Part shown: positions 46,636-55,426 of the stretch, piece after piece
How positions within the stretch are numbered: the first letter of the stretch is position 1
Layout: every line of letters begins with the position of its first letter
From: Spirochaetota bacterium
GTDB taxonomy: Bacteria; Spirochaetota; GWE2-31-10; MWDO01
Assembly (NCBI GenBank): GCA_031549085.1
Contig: JAVBQL010000002.1
Location: forward strand, 46,855-110,854
DNA length: 64,000 nucleotides
Reading direction: 5' to 3'
Made by a program: the position numbers and the translations under genes
The notes under the pieces: model-generated
The model's input: only the letters and a program-made list of their open reading frames with translations
Told to the model about the DNA's origin: nothing
Databases searched by the model: none

Positions 46636-47232
46636 CTATTCCTTAATTATCTCACTATAAAGCTCATCATAGGTATTGCAGATTGGAAAACCATGATTTT
46701 CACATCTAATCTTCTCAGGAGGGCAGAAGAGTATCCCCTTGTCAGCCTCTCGCAGCATAGAGAGGTCATTATAGCTATCACCGCTTGCGATAGTTCTAAA
46801 ATTGAGCTCTTTAAAACGAATAACAGCGTTTCTCTTTGAATCTTCCTGTCTAAGTTTATAAGAGGATATAAAACCATCGCTATCAATAATTAGATCATGA
46901 CAAAAAAGTGTTGGTAGATGAAGTTTTTTCATAAGCGGCATAGCAAATTGATAGAATGTGTCTGATAGAATAATAAGCTGAAAATTCTCTCTCAATTTGT
47001 TTGCAAATTCAAGCGCCCCCTCAAGCGGCGAGAGAGTCTCTATAACATCTAAAATATCTTGCATCTTGATACTCTTTTTATGAAGAATATCAATTCTATA
47101 TTTCATAAGCTCATCATAATTTGCAATATCTCTTGTTGTGAGTTTTAATTCATCTATTCCAGTTTTTAAAGCAACATTTATCCAAATCTCAGGTAAAAGC
47201 ACCCCTTCCAAGTCTAAACAAACCAAATCCAT
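46636..47232 (-). CDS. thrH: phosphoserine phosphatase / homoserine phosphotransferase ThrH (HAD family)
   Basis: From MDLVCLDLEGVLLPEIWI onward it is collinear with Pseudomonas ThrH as I recall it (CLDLEGVL.PEIWI, TTRDI.DYD.LM, ILSDTFY.F..PLM..L..PTL.CH, GDSYND..ML). Start trimmed to the ATG at 47232. Confidence 0.8.
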   Translation of the reverse strand: MDLVCLDLEGVLLPEIWINVALKTGIDELKLTTRDIANYDELMKYRIDILHKKSIKMQDILDVIETLSPLEGALEFANKLRENFQLIILSDTFYQFAMPLMKKLHLPTLFCHDLIIDSDGFISSYKLRQEDSKRNAVIRFKELNFRTIASGDSYNDLSMLREADKGILFCPPEKIRCENHGFPICNTYDELYSEIIKE

Positions 47233-47313
47233 ATTAAAACTCCTATACCCTATATATATCAAAAAAAGCGTTTTGTCAAAACCTTAGTTAAATAAATAGG
47301 ATAGTTATAAAAA

Positions 47314-49320
47314 CTATCTGAATTTCTTTTTTGATAATATGATATCAGCATGTAAACCTCTTTGTAAAAAAGTATGTTTTAGTTTTAATATTTTGTTTTC
47401 TGCTTCCTCTACTCTTGGCCCCAGTGTAATAATATCTTTATCGTTTTCATCTTTTTCAAATAAAAATGGTTCTGTTTCGATATATATGCCTTTTTCAGGG
47501 CAGCTTTGTATCAAATCTTTATCATCTTTGATTGTTCCTATATATATTAATCTATATTCTTTCTCATGATTCCATATCTTATTTTTTATAAGGTGAGATA
47601 TTGGTGAAAAAAGCTCCATAAGATCTTTTCGTAAAGTTTCATCATTTAAATCTTTTCCATTAATTTCATTTAGATATTTAATAATCTTTTTTAATTCTTC
47701 TCTGTTAGCTTTTTCAGGATCTATATATAGAATCCTATATAAACCTGTCTTTTCAAGAAGGATATATTTCTCGTTTTGCTCATTTTTATTCTCTTTATCA
47801 CTATCTTCTTGAAAAGGTGTTTCTCCTATCATTTTTGATTTATCTGGAAGTCCTGCACCTTTGTTTATCTTCCTTTTGTCTATTCCAATAGATACACCTT
47901 TACCATTATCAGCATAGGAGCTGTTCCACATTATTAATGCATCTTCATCGCTATCTGCAACTGTTGCTAGACTCCCAGTAAATGCTATTAGATCACTATC
48001 ATCATTTAACCTATCTATGTCATTAAATAGAAATTCTATCTTAGGCAGTCTTTTTTTTAGATAAGTGAATAGAGTCTTTCCCTCCTCAGGATCGTTTTGA
48101 TAGCAGGCAGGTCTTAAACGAATACACCTACTATTTATTATATCTTTCAAAATTTCAAAACGTGTATATTGATATATATATTTAGGTCCATTTTCATTTT
48201 TGCAACGTAGCTCTTTCCACAAATCATACACACAATTAACCAAATCCTTATATTTATCTTTATATTTTTTTTTAAATGAAACAATTATATCACAAAAATA
48301 GTTTGACATTTTTCCTAATAATTTGGCATCAAAATTCCAAACTTCATCAAAATGATCTGTTATTAACATATCTTGTAATCTTGGATTATTTGAGCTTGCT
48401 TCAATGGCCTTACCATATTCTTCATGAAAATAGTAAGCAAATCCTCTATTATAGTAAGCATATGCATGGTTGGGGTTAATCCTTATGGCTTCACTATGGT
48501 CTTTGATGGCCTTATTATATTCACCTTTATCATAATATGTAATTCCTCTATAATAGTAAGCATCTGCATAGTTGGGGTAGATCTTTATAAATTCACTGTA
48601 GTCTTTGATAGCCTTATCATATTCACCTTTATTATAATATGTCATTCCTCTATGATAGTAAGCAACAGCATAGTTGGAGTCGATTTTTATAGCCTCACTA
48701 TAGTCAGAAATAGCACTATCATATTCACCTTTATTATAATATGCATTACCTCTGCTATAGTAAGCAACAGCATAGTTGCGTTTTCTCTTTATAGCTTCAC
48801 TATAGTAAGCAATAGCACGATCATATTCACCTTTATCATTATATACATTACCTATTTTATAGTAAACAATAGTATAGTCTGGCTTGCTCATTATAGCTTC
48901 AATATAGTCTTTGATGGCCTTATTATATTCATCTTTATCATAATATGTATTTCCTCTCATACAATATGCATATGCATATGCATAATATTTTTTTAACTTT
49001 ATGGCTCTATTAAAATAACCAATTGCCTCATCATATTTTTTTTCCTCGCCATAAATATTTCCAAGTCGAACCAGTGCCTCTGGCATATCATTTTTTATAT
49101 CTAAAAGTTTTTCTAATGGTTCTTTGCTCTCTTCATATCTTCCCAATTTTTGTAAAGCTTGTGTTTTTTTTAGGTATGCCTCTGCCAGTTTGTTATTATC
49201 TATATCTTTCTCATTTATAATTCTATCTGCTTCATCTATTATTTCATTAAGTTCATCTTTTGTTATGTTAAAACCTTTAACCAAATAATCAAGGTCTTCA
49301 CTATATCTTGACATAGACAT
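47314..49320 (-). CDS. TPR-repeat protein with C-terminal DUF2971-like domain
   Basis: About 7-8 near-identical 34-aa TPR units (AI.DYSEAIKI.PNYA.AYY.RG..YY.KGEYDKA). The C-terminal part carries YQYTRFEILKDII...CYQNDPEEG...MWNSSYADNGKGVSIG...HEKEYRLIY, which fits my recollection of DUF2971. Confidence 0.7.
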   Translation of the reverse strand: MSMSRYSEDLDYLVKGFNITKDELNEIIDEADRIINEKDIDNNKLAEAYLKKTQALQKLGRYEESKEPLEKLLDIKNDMPEALVRLGNIYGEEKKYDEAIGYFNRAIKLKKYYAYAYAYCMRGNTYYDKDEYNKAIKDYIEAIMSKPDYTIVYYKIGNVYNDKGEYDRAIAYYSEAIKRKRNYAVAYYSRGNAYYNKGEYDSAISDYSEAIKIDSNYAVAYYHRGMTYYNKGEYDKAIKDYSEFIKIYPNYADAYYYRGITYYDKGEYNKAIKDHSEAIRINPNHAYAYYNRGFAYYFHEEYGKAIEASSNNPRLQDMLITDHFDEVWNFDAKLLGKMSNYFCDIIVSFKKKYKDKYKDLVNCVYDLWKELRCKNENGPKYIYQYTRFEILKDIINSRCIRLRPACYQNDPEEGKTLFTYLKKRLPKIEFLFNDIDRLNDDSDLIAFTGSLATVADSDEDALIMWNSSYADNGKGVSIGIDKRKINKGAGLPDKSKMIGETPFQEDSDKENKNEQNEKYILLEKTGLYRILYIDPEKANREELKKIIKYLNEINGKDLNDETLRKDLMELFSPISHLIKNKIWNHEKEYRLIYIGTIKDDKDLIQSCPEKGIYIETEPFLFEKDENDKDIITLGPRVEEAENKILKLKHTFLQRGLHADIILSKKKFR

Positions 49321-49423
49321 CTCCTTAAGTTTTGATTACTATTATAACATACTTTCTATTTCTTTTATTGATATGTGTATAAAATGTATTGTAAAAATTA
49401 ATTAGTATCTTTTTTGAAAGAAA

Positions 49424-50707
49424 TTAGCATGAGTAGAGTTCAAGAGATATGTTTCTCTCATTAGATAGATCTTTTATATATGAAAGTTTTTTGTTAATTG
49501 CTCTGTTTTCAGCAATTTTTTTATACTTGTCAAAAAGATCACCTGCGAAAGTTGAATGTCTATCAATCTTTAGTGAGGCAGATAAAATTGTCTTTATGTT
49601 TTCGTTGTTGTATATATAGGAGATTATAGAGTATTTTATTTTAGTTTGAGCGTTTTCAAGAAGAGTTTTGTATTCATTTAATGTTGCAAAGACAATCACC
49701 TCATCACTGGGACTAAAATTGTAATCACTAAAAGCTGAGTACGAGTTATTAAGAAGATGTTGAAGCCTTGATAACCCATCATTCCACTCCTCCAAAAGAG
49801 TCTCTCCAGAAGGGGCTGTCACCTTTACCTTAAAACCTTTAAAGAGAAGATCTCGAACTGTAAAGTAGAAGAGTGATGATAAGAATTCATACTCTCTTAT
49901 ATTTTTTGAATATGGAGCAAATATAATGGATATAATTTCTGAAAATGGCTCGCTTTTTTCTATCTCCCTTATATGAAGCTCCGATGAGTGGGCAAAAACT
50001 TTCCAGTTTATACGCCTTATATCATCACCAGGATAATATTTTCTGCTCTCAAAATAGTCGCTTGAGTTACTTTTTACTGCAGATTTTATAATCTTATCTC
50101 CAATATTACTAACCTCATTTTTCATAGAGATTATACTATTAAAATTGGGTTCAAAAAATAGTTTTGTGCTATAGTTAACTTTGAATCTAACTCTAAAGAA
50201 GCCAAAGATATCATCAATATAGATATAAAAATTATCATAGTAGCTATATCCATGGGTTAAAAACTTCAAATCCACTGTTACTTTTCTTTTGTCAGCTCTA
50301 TCAAGAACCAGTGATATCTTATCCATCAATACCACTGCTCTTTTTGATATATGGGTGCTTTTACCTAAATCTTTTTTAGTGCCATCAAAATTGTTGTTTG
50401 ATAGGGAAAATGAGAGAAGTCTAAAAAAACCTATGAAGCAGACAGGGAGATTTATTATCTCAAAGGAGAGTTCACTATTATAATTGTCATCAATTTTTGC
50501 TCCTTGGGCAAGTTTTATAGATATAGGTTTTCTTGTGATAAATAGAAAGAGAAGATAGAAGAGGTAGTATATAGTTATAAAAATAATCGCTGAAGCAATA
50601 AATTTTAAAAAGAGAACATCAAGAAAAATGAGAGATAAGATAGAGGATAGGATAAGGATAATGCCAAGCGGTTTCATATTGACCCAATATACAAATTTGA
50701 AAGGCAA
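49424..50707 (-). CDS. DUF58 family protein (two N-terminal TM helices)
   Basis: The RKYYPGDDIRRINWKVFAHS motif is characteristic of DUF58. The alternative start MKPLGIIL at 50677 is plausible. Confidence 0.7.
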   Translation of the reverse strand: MPFKFVYWVNMKPLGIILILSSILSLIFLDVLFLKFIASAIIFITIYYLFYLLFLFITRKPISIKLAQGAKIDDNYNSELSFEIINLPVCFIGFFRLLSFSLSNNNFDGTKKDLGKSTHISKRAVVLMDKISLVLDRADKRKVTVDLKFLTHGYSYYDNFYIYIDDIFGFFRVRFKVNYSTKLFFEPNFNSIISMKNEVSNIGDKIIKSAVKSNSSDYFESRKYYPGDDIRRINWKVFAHSSELHIREIEKSEPFSEIISIIFAPYSKNIREYEFLSSLFYFTVRDLLFKGFKVKVTAPSGETLLEEWNDGLSRLQHLLNNSYSAFSDYNFSPSDEVIVFATLNEYKTLLENAQTKIKYSIISYIYNNENIKTILSASLKIDRHSTFAGDLFDKYKKIAENRAINKKLSYIKDLSNERNISLELYSC

Positions 50708-50808
50708 TATGCAACATAAAAAATATTTTTTTATGTTGCATAATTAATAGTGGTTTGAAAACTTATTTTACTAAATAAGGTGGTAGGCAAAAGGTTTAAT
50801 AATATCTG

Positions 50809-51300
50809 TTACTTAGCTCTATTGCTCTTTTTTGTTACGAATGACTCAATAAGCTCTAGAGGAAAGCCAACCTTTTTTACAATCGCTTCTATAGAGTATC
50901 CATTTTTAAATAGCCGTTTGCAGACCATCTTCATATCTTCACCAACCTCTATGATATGCTTATCGGGATCATAAAAACGGACAACTCTCTGCCCCCAATC
51001 ATGCTCTTTAAATTCATGCACATATTCAATGTTGTCGATAGATTTCAAATTTTTAACGAATTTATCAAAATTCTTCTCTTCAAAATATATCTCAAAATCA
51101 TTGCCTCTATATTTAATGTCAGAATCACTCTTTTCAATAAATTTTATCCATGAAGACTTTGTTTGCAGTGCAATAAAACCGCCAGTTAGGGTTACATTTT
51201 CTACTAGATCTGAGATTACTTCAAAACCAAAAACATCTTTATAAAATTTTTTGGATCTATCCATATCATCTACTACTAACATTATACATGTAAATTTCAT
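50809..51300 (-). CDS. VOC / glyoxalase-bleomycin resistance family protein
   Basis: Start trimmed to the ATG at 51300, which follows an AAGGAGAAAAA RBS. MLVVDDMDRSKKFYKDVFGFEV is a typical VOC beta-alpha-beta-beta-beta N-terminus. Confidence 0.7.
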   Translation of the reverse strand: MKFTCIMLVVDDMDRSKKFYKDVFGFEVISDLVENVTLTGGFIALQTKSSWIKFIEKSDSDIKYRGNDFEIYFEEKNFDKFVKNLKSIDNIEYVHEFKEHDWGQRVVRFYDPDKHIIEVGEDMKMVCKRLFKNGYSIEAIVKKVGFPLELIESFVTKKSNRAK

Positions 51301-51380
51301 TTTTTTCTCCTTTTTTACTAACCACGTCCTTTTTGTCTCATTTAAACTAAAATATAACATTGTTCATTTTGATTTCAAAT

Positions 51381-51522
51381 GAGATAAGGGGGTAGTATAA
51401 CAAAGATTTTATATTGCTTACACTAATAAAATTGACTTCTCCTGCCTCATAACTCTATATACTGTACTTATCTTTCACCCTCTTCCTTTGAAGGAAGAGG
51501 GATGGAGAGTTGGTAGAAAAAA
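51381..51522 (-). repeat. bipartite hairpin repeat element, copy D (inverted orientation)
   Basis: The minus strand reads TTTTTTCTACCAACTCTCC, then the perfect hairpin CCCTCTTCCT-tcaa-AGGAAGAGGG. The core is AAGTCAATTTTATTAGTGTAAGCAATATAAAATCTTTGTTATA. The outer arms are degenerate. Confidence 0.65.
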
Positions 51523-51533
51523 CAGCTATAAAA

Positions 51534-51568
51534 CAAAAAAACTCCTCCCGCGCTTACGCAGGAAGAGA
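51534..51568 (-). terminator. Rho-independent terminator of the tRNA-Met / bS22-like unit
   Basis: The minus strand reads CUCUUCCUGCG-UAAG-CGCGGGAGGAG, an 11-bp stem with two G-U pairs, followed directly by U7. It lies about 30 nt after the small ORF stop. Confidence 0.85.
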
Positions 51569-51598
51569 CTCTCTACAAAGAATAAATTAATAAGAAAT

Positions 51599-51694
51599 CT
51601 ATTTAAGCTTTTTCTTATGTCTGTTTTTTCTAAGCTTCTTCTTTCTCTTATGCTTTGAGATTTTTGCTCTCTTCTTCTTTTTTACAGATGGCAT
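51599..51694 (-). CDS. 31-aa Lys/Arg-rich peptide resembling ribosomal protein bS22 (AURKAIP1/COX24-like family)
   Basis: Manual translation is MPSVKKKKRAKISKHKRKKKLRKNRHKKKLK, with an AAGGA RBS 8 nt upstream. It closely resembles the MPSGKKRKRHKMATHKRKKRLRKNRHKKK-type peptides I recall from FCB-group genomes. It falls below the ORF-track length cut-off. Confidence 0.55.
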   Translation of the reverse strand: MPSVKKKKRAKISKHKRKKKLRKNRHKKKLK

Positions 51695-51759
51695 AGACTG
51701 ATCCTTAAATAACTTTAAGACTTAAAGAATCCCTTAACTAAATTAAGGAATAAAAAAAT

Positions 51760-51832
51760 TAGCGAGAGAAGGGCTCGAACCTTCGACCTTCGGGTTATGA
51801 GCCCGACGAGCTGCCAGCTGCTCTATCTCGCG
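51760..51832 (-). tRNA. tRNA-Met (anticodon CAU), initiator type; CCA not encoded
   Basis: Folded by hand. Acceptor CGCGAGA/UCUCGCU with a 1:72 mismatch (C-U), D arm GAGC/GCUC with A11:U24, anticodon arm UCGGG-CUCAUAA-CCCGA with three consecutive G-C pairs, T arm GAAGG-UUCGAGC-CCUUC, discriminator A. Confidence 0.9.
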
Positions 51833-51844
51833 TCGTTGAAAAAT

Positions 51845-51873
51845 ACTATATACCTAAACTTGCAAAAAGTCAA
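51845..51873 (-). promoter_or_regulatory. sigma70-like promoter for the tRNA-Met unit
   Basis: The minus strand reads TTGACT, a 17-nt spacer, then TATAGT. The -10 element ends 12 nt upstream of the tRNA 5' end. Confidence 0.5.
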
Positions 51874-52117
51874 CCTTTATTCTGGAAAAATATTTTCACT
51901 AAACCATTTTATTTTAAACTAAATTTTAAGATAAATGGCTAACAAGCAGTACTTTTTAACAAATTTAACTTTTATTTTGACCTTATTTAATAAATTTAAA
52001 ATCAACAACCCCAATGCAAGCTGTGAGATTGTTGATTCTTTTGGTTGTTTGCTTTAGATTCAATATCCTTTTTTTCACATTTATATAGTATTGCCTCTAA
52101 GCAATAGAATAAAAAAA

Positions 52118-53056
52118 CTATTTTATTTTATCTATATTCTCTAAGAACCACTTATAAGTGAGCGTGATCCCCTCTTCTAATGAGTATTTTGGTTTCCAGC
52201 CAGTGCTCTTAAGCTTGCTTACATCAAGCAGTTTTCTTGGAGTTCCATCAGGTTTGCTTGTATCAAACTCCAATTCCCCATCAAAACCAACAATCTTTTT
52301 TATTAAAAGTGCCAAATCTTTTATTGTTATGTCTTCACCTGTTCCAACATTTACATGTGAAAAATCACTATAATTATTCATTAAATAGACAAGTGCATCT
52401 GCTATATCCTCAACAAACAGAAACTCTCGTAATGGAGAGCCTGTCCCCCACACAATAACTTTCTTTTCTCCATTAACCTTTGCTGTATGAAACTTTCTTA
52501 TTAAGGCAGGAAGAACATGCGAATTCTTCAAGTCAAAATTGTCATTATAACCATAGAGGTTTGTTGGCATTGCACTTATAAAGTCAACCCCATACTGTTC
52601 TCTATAGAACCTGCACATCATAAGCCCTGAGATCTTTGCAATTGCATAGGCGTCATTCGTCTCCTCAAGCGGTCCTGTTAAGAGGTACTCCTCTTTTATT
52701 GGCTGCGGCGACATCTTTGGATAGATACATGAACTTCCCAAAAAGAGAAGTTTTTTTACCTTATTCACATATGCAGAGTTTATAATATTATTTTGTATCT
52801 CAAGATTTTGATATATAAAATCGGCTTTTTGAGTTGCATTTGCATAGATACCGCCAACCTTTGCAGCTGCTTGAAATACATAGTCTGGCTTTTCGCTCTC
52901 AAAGAAATCTGCAACAGCTTTTTGTGAGAGAAGATCAAGTTCGTGATGTGTCTTCAAAATAAGATTATTATATCCCTCACTTTGAAGTTTTCTTACAATA
53001 GATGAACCAACAAGCCCTCTGTGACCCGCTACATAAATTTTTGCATTTTTTTCCAT
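52118..53056 (-). CDS. fcl: GDP-L-fucose synthase (GDP-4-keto-6-deoxymannose 3,5-epimerase/4-reductase)
   Basis: Collinear with E. coli Fcl as recalled: VAGHRGLVGSSI, AAAKVGGI.AN, DFIYQNL.I.NN, LLFLGSSCIYPK, YAIAKI, MPTNLYG..DNF....SHV.PALIRKFH. Confidence 0.9.
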   Translation of the reverse strand: MEKNAKIYVAGHRGLVGSSIVRKLQSEGYNNLILKTHHELDLLSQKAVADFFESEKPDYVFQAAAKVGGIYANATQKADFIYQNLEIQNNIINSAYVNKVKKLLFLGSSCIYPKMSPQPIKEEYLLTGPLEETNDAYAIAKISGLMMCRFYREQYGVDFISAMPTNLYGYNDNFDLKNSHVLPALIRKFHTAKVNGEKKVIVWGTGSPLREFLFVEDIADALVYLMNNYSDFSHVNVGTGEDITIKDLALLIKKIVGFDGELEFDTSKPDGTPRKLLDVSKLKSTGWKPKYSLEEGITLTYKWFLENIDKIK

Positions 53057-53191
53057 AAAAAATATCCTTAAATCCTTAATACTTTAAAACTATTTTTTTT
53101 AAAAAGAAAATAGACCTCTTTCAAAACTAAATTAAGTAAAAAATCTCCCGCCATTTTTGAAAATGGGACATGAGGAGAACGCTACTCTCTA

Positions 53192-55240
53192 CTAATATAT
53201 ACGCCCCTTTCCAGCAAAGAAGTTGAGCTCCATTGTTAATATGTGAAGCAATCTTTTCATGCTCTCATCATCAATAGCCTCTTTTAGAACATAGCCCTTG
53301 CTTGTGTCATCATACGTTGAGAGTATAAATGTTCTATCACTCTCCTCCAATTTATCTAAAAATTCAGACTTGAAAAAGCTCTTTGGAATTGGTTCACTCT
53401 TTAAAAAGTGAAAAGTCCCTCTGCTTGTATAGACATCACCTGTTGAGTGCCATGATGAGTCCAGTTTCAAATTGCCATCAACTCTATAATCATAGATTGG
53501 TGCCCCCTTATAGACAGAGATACTATAATAGTGTCTATCACTATTCTTCAAGTTATCATCAGTTATAAAGTTTTTGTTATTCATTTCCAAACCTGTTGCA
53601 TTGAAGACAATTGATGGAATGTCAAAGGTGGAGACTTCACTGTTGTTGGTAGCAATATTGGAGGCAGTTCTCTCAAATGGTTTTATCAAAAGAAGTGGAT
53701 TTGCCTTGTTTTTTTGTGCAAGGGTATACTCTTTACTATTTTCAAGACCTGTATGAGTTCCATGATCACCAACAATTATTATTAGAGAGTTGTCATAAAT
53801 ATTGTTTTTCTTAAGATAGTCCAAAAATATATAGGTCAATTTTAGTCCATAGACATATTTGTCTTTATAATTCTCAATATCCCTATCATCTCTGTTTCCA
53901 ACATAGTTTCCATCTCTATCAAACATGTATGGGGTGTGAGGGCTATCAAAGTGAATATAGCTAAAGCAATCTTTATCAATAATAGTAGTATTATTTACTA
54001 TATTTTTTAATAGTACCAAGTCTGTGGTATCTCTATTGACAGGATTGTTTAAAATAGATCTAATTTTTTCATAGGCATCAATCTTTTCATTTTCAACTGC
54101 TTTTGGTCTAATTTTTTGGGCATCACTAAACATCTTCTCTTTTGCCTCCACCTCAGCTTTTTTCTCTTTAGCATGGAAAAGGCTAATTTTATTCAGATAA
54201 ATTTGAAAGAAGAAGTTTCCATTATTATATATTGTTCTCTTCAAAAAGTGGGGAAGAGCTCTAAAAACAGAGAGATCAAATATCTCCAAGAGTGATGATT
54301 TTATATATCGACGATTCTTGAATGACTTTTTCTCTGCGTTCTTAACATAGTTTGGATCAATATAGATAAGATCATCCATAAGAGATCCGAAGGCAGAGAG
54401 CATAACATTAGAGTCATATGAGTTGTCCCCAAGCCTCTTTATAATTGAGCTATCACCACTAAAAGCATCAACCAAAAACTCAGTTCGATTTGTTTGATAT
54501 TTATACATCTCTCCAGTTAATATTGGTGCAACACTATTAACTGTATATGGGGTTGCTCCAAGAAAATCTGGATAGAATATAAAATCTTTATATATATCTT
54601 GAAATATAGGCTCCTCTTTTAGCATCGTTGGAAATATATCAGATTGTGCCATATCAAGAAGTAAAACAATAACATTTTTATTTTTTGAGAGGGAGAGATT
54701 GTTTGTTAGGGTATAGTGTTTGAACCATGTGTTTTTTTCAGATTTAAAGACATTTGTGGAGAACATAGATAGCACAATAAAAACTATCTCAAAGCCTATT
54801 GCAATTATTGAGATCTGTCTTATATATTTTTTTATTGACTCCCTCTTTAGTATGCAGAGAACAATAACTAAAACCCAAACAATAGAATCTATTATACCAT
54901 AGTAGAAAAATCTACCCCACCTTATAGTTGAACCATCAAGTACGCCATAGCTCCAAACCATAAAGTTGCTCTGTATAAAGATCAGAAGAGCAATAACAAA
55001 GAGTACATACGAGACAGCATTTGGCAAAAAGTAGAGTATTGTTGTAAGAATTAGATCAAAAAAGACAAATATCAATAAAAAGAAGAGGAGATAGTCCATA
55101 AATGAGAATGTATAGCCATAAATATTACTTAAATACATCTGCAATGTATTTTCCATAAAGAGAGTGAATAGAAGCATAGATGCAATTAGAAGTGAATTAA
55201 TAAGCCTATTTTTATCTACCATAAAGTTTTTTTCCTGCAA
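53192..55240 (-). CDS. membrane-anchored alkaline-phosphatase-superfamily enzyme (LtaS / sulfatase-like transferase)
   Basis: About 5 N-terminal TM helices, then a soluble domain with VIVLLLDMAQSD, HFDSPHTPY and IIIVGDHGTH blocks typical of sulfatase/LTA-synthase-type enzymes. Confidence 0.65.
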   Translation of the reverse strand: MQEKNFMVDKNRLINSLLIASMLLFTLFMENTLQMYLSNIYGYTFSFMDYLLFFLLIFVFFDLILTTILYFLPNAVSYVLFVIALLIFIQSNFMVWSYGVLDGSTIRWGRFFYYGIIDSIVWVLVIVLCILKRESIKKYIRQISIIAIGFEIVFIVLSMFSTNVFKSEKNTWFKHYTLTNNLSLSKNKNVIVLLLDMAQSDIFPTMLKEEPIFQDIYKDFIFYPDFLGATPYTVNSVAPILTGEMYKYQTNRTEFLVDAFSGDSSIIKRLGDNSYDSNVMLSAFGSLMDDLIYIDPNYVKNAEKKSFKNRRYIKSSLLEIFDLSVFRALPHFLKRTIYNNGNFFFQIYLNKISLFHAKEKKAEVEAKEKMFSDAQKIRPKAVENEKIDAYEKIRSILNNPVNRDTTDLVLLKNIVNNTTIIDKDCFSYIHFDSPHTPYMFDRDGNYVGNRDDRDIENYKDKYVYGLKLTYIFLDYLKKNNIYDNSLIIIVGDHGTHTGLENSKEYTLAQKNKANPLLLIKPFERTASNIATNNSEVSTFDIPSIVFNATGLEMNNKNFITDDNLKNSDRHYYSISVYKGAPIYDYRVDGNLKLDSSWHSTGDVYTSRGTFHFLKSEPIPKSFFKSEFLDKLEESDRTFILSTYDDTSKGYVLKEAIDDESMKRLLHILTMELNFFAGKGRIY

Positions 55241-55426
55241 TAATATAGTTTTGAATTTAATTTCAAGTGAGAAAGTATATAAAATTGCTTCTTTTTTGTC
55301 AAACTATACTCTCCTTTTTTAAAAATACAATTATATTTCAATTATTATAAATAAATAATTGAGTTTTATAATTATTAGTGTTATTTTTAACCATAAAAAT
55401 GAGATGGATTTAAGATAGGGAGGCCT

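Noticed and set aside
46507-46839. 110-aa plus-strand ORF
   Set aside because: It starts inside repeat element C and then runs antisense to thrH. It has no RBS and its composition is implausible.
48424-48996. 190-aa plus-strand ORF with periodic IIFTFIIIC repeats, and regular ~102-bp DNA repeats that could be mistaken for a repeat array
   Set aside because: It is the antisense shadow of the TPR repeats of the minus-strand gene 47314..49320. The periodicity equals one 34-aa TPR unit. There are no spacer-like unique segments, so it is not a CRISPR array.
50709-50741. Palindrome ATGCAACATAAAAAA-TA-TTTTTTTATGTTGCAT between the VOC and DUF58 genes, considered as a terminator
   Set aside because: The stem is mostly A-T, with its A and T runs inside the stem rather than after it. 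It abuts or overlaps the possible DUF58 start. Too weak to call; noted only.
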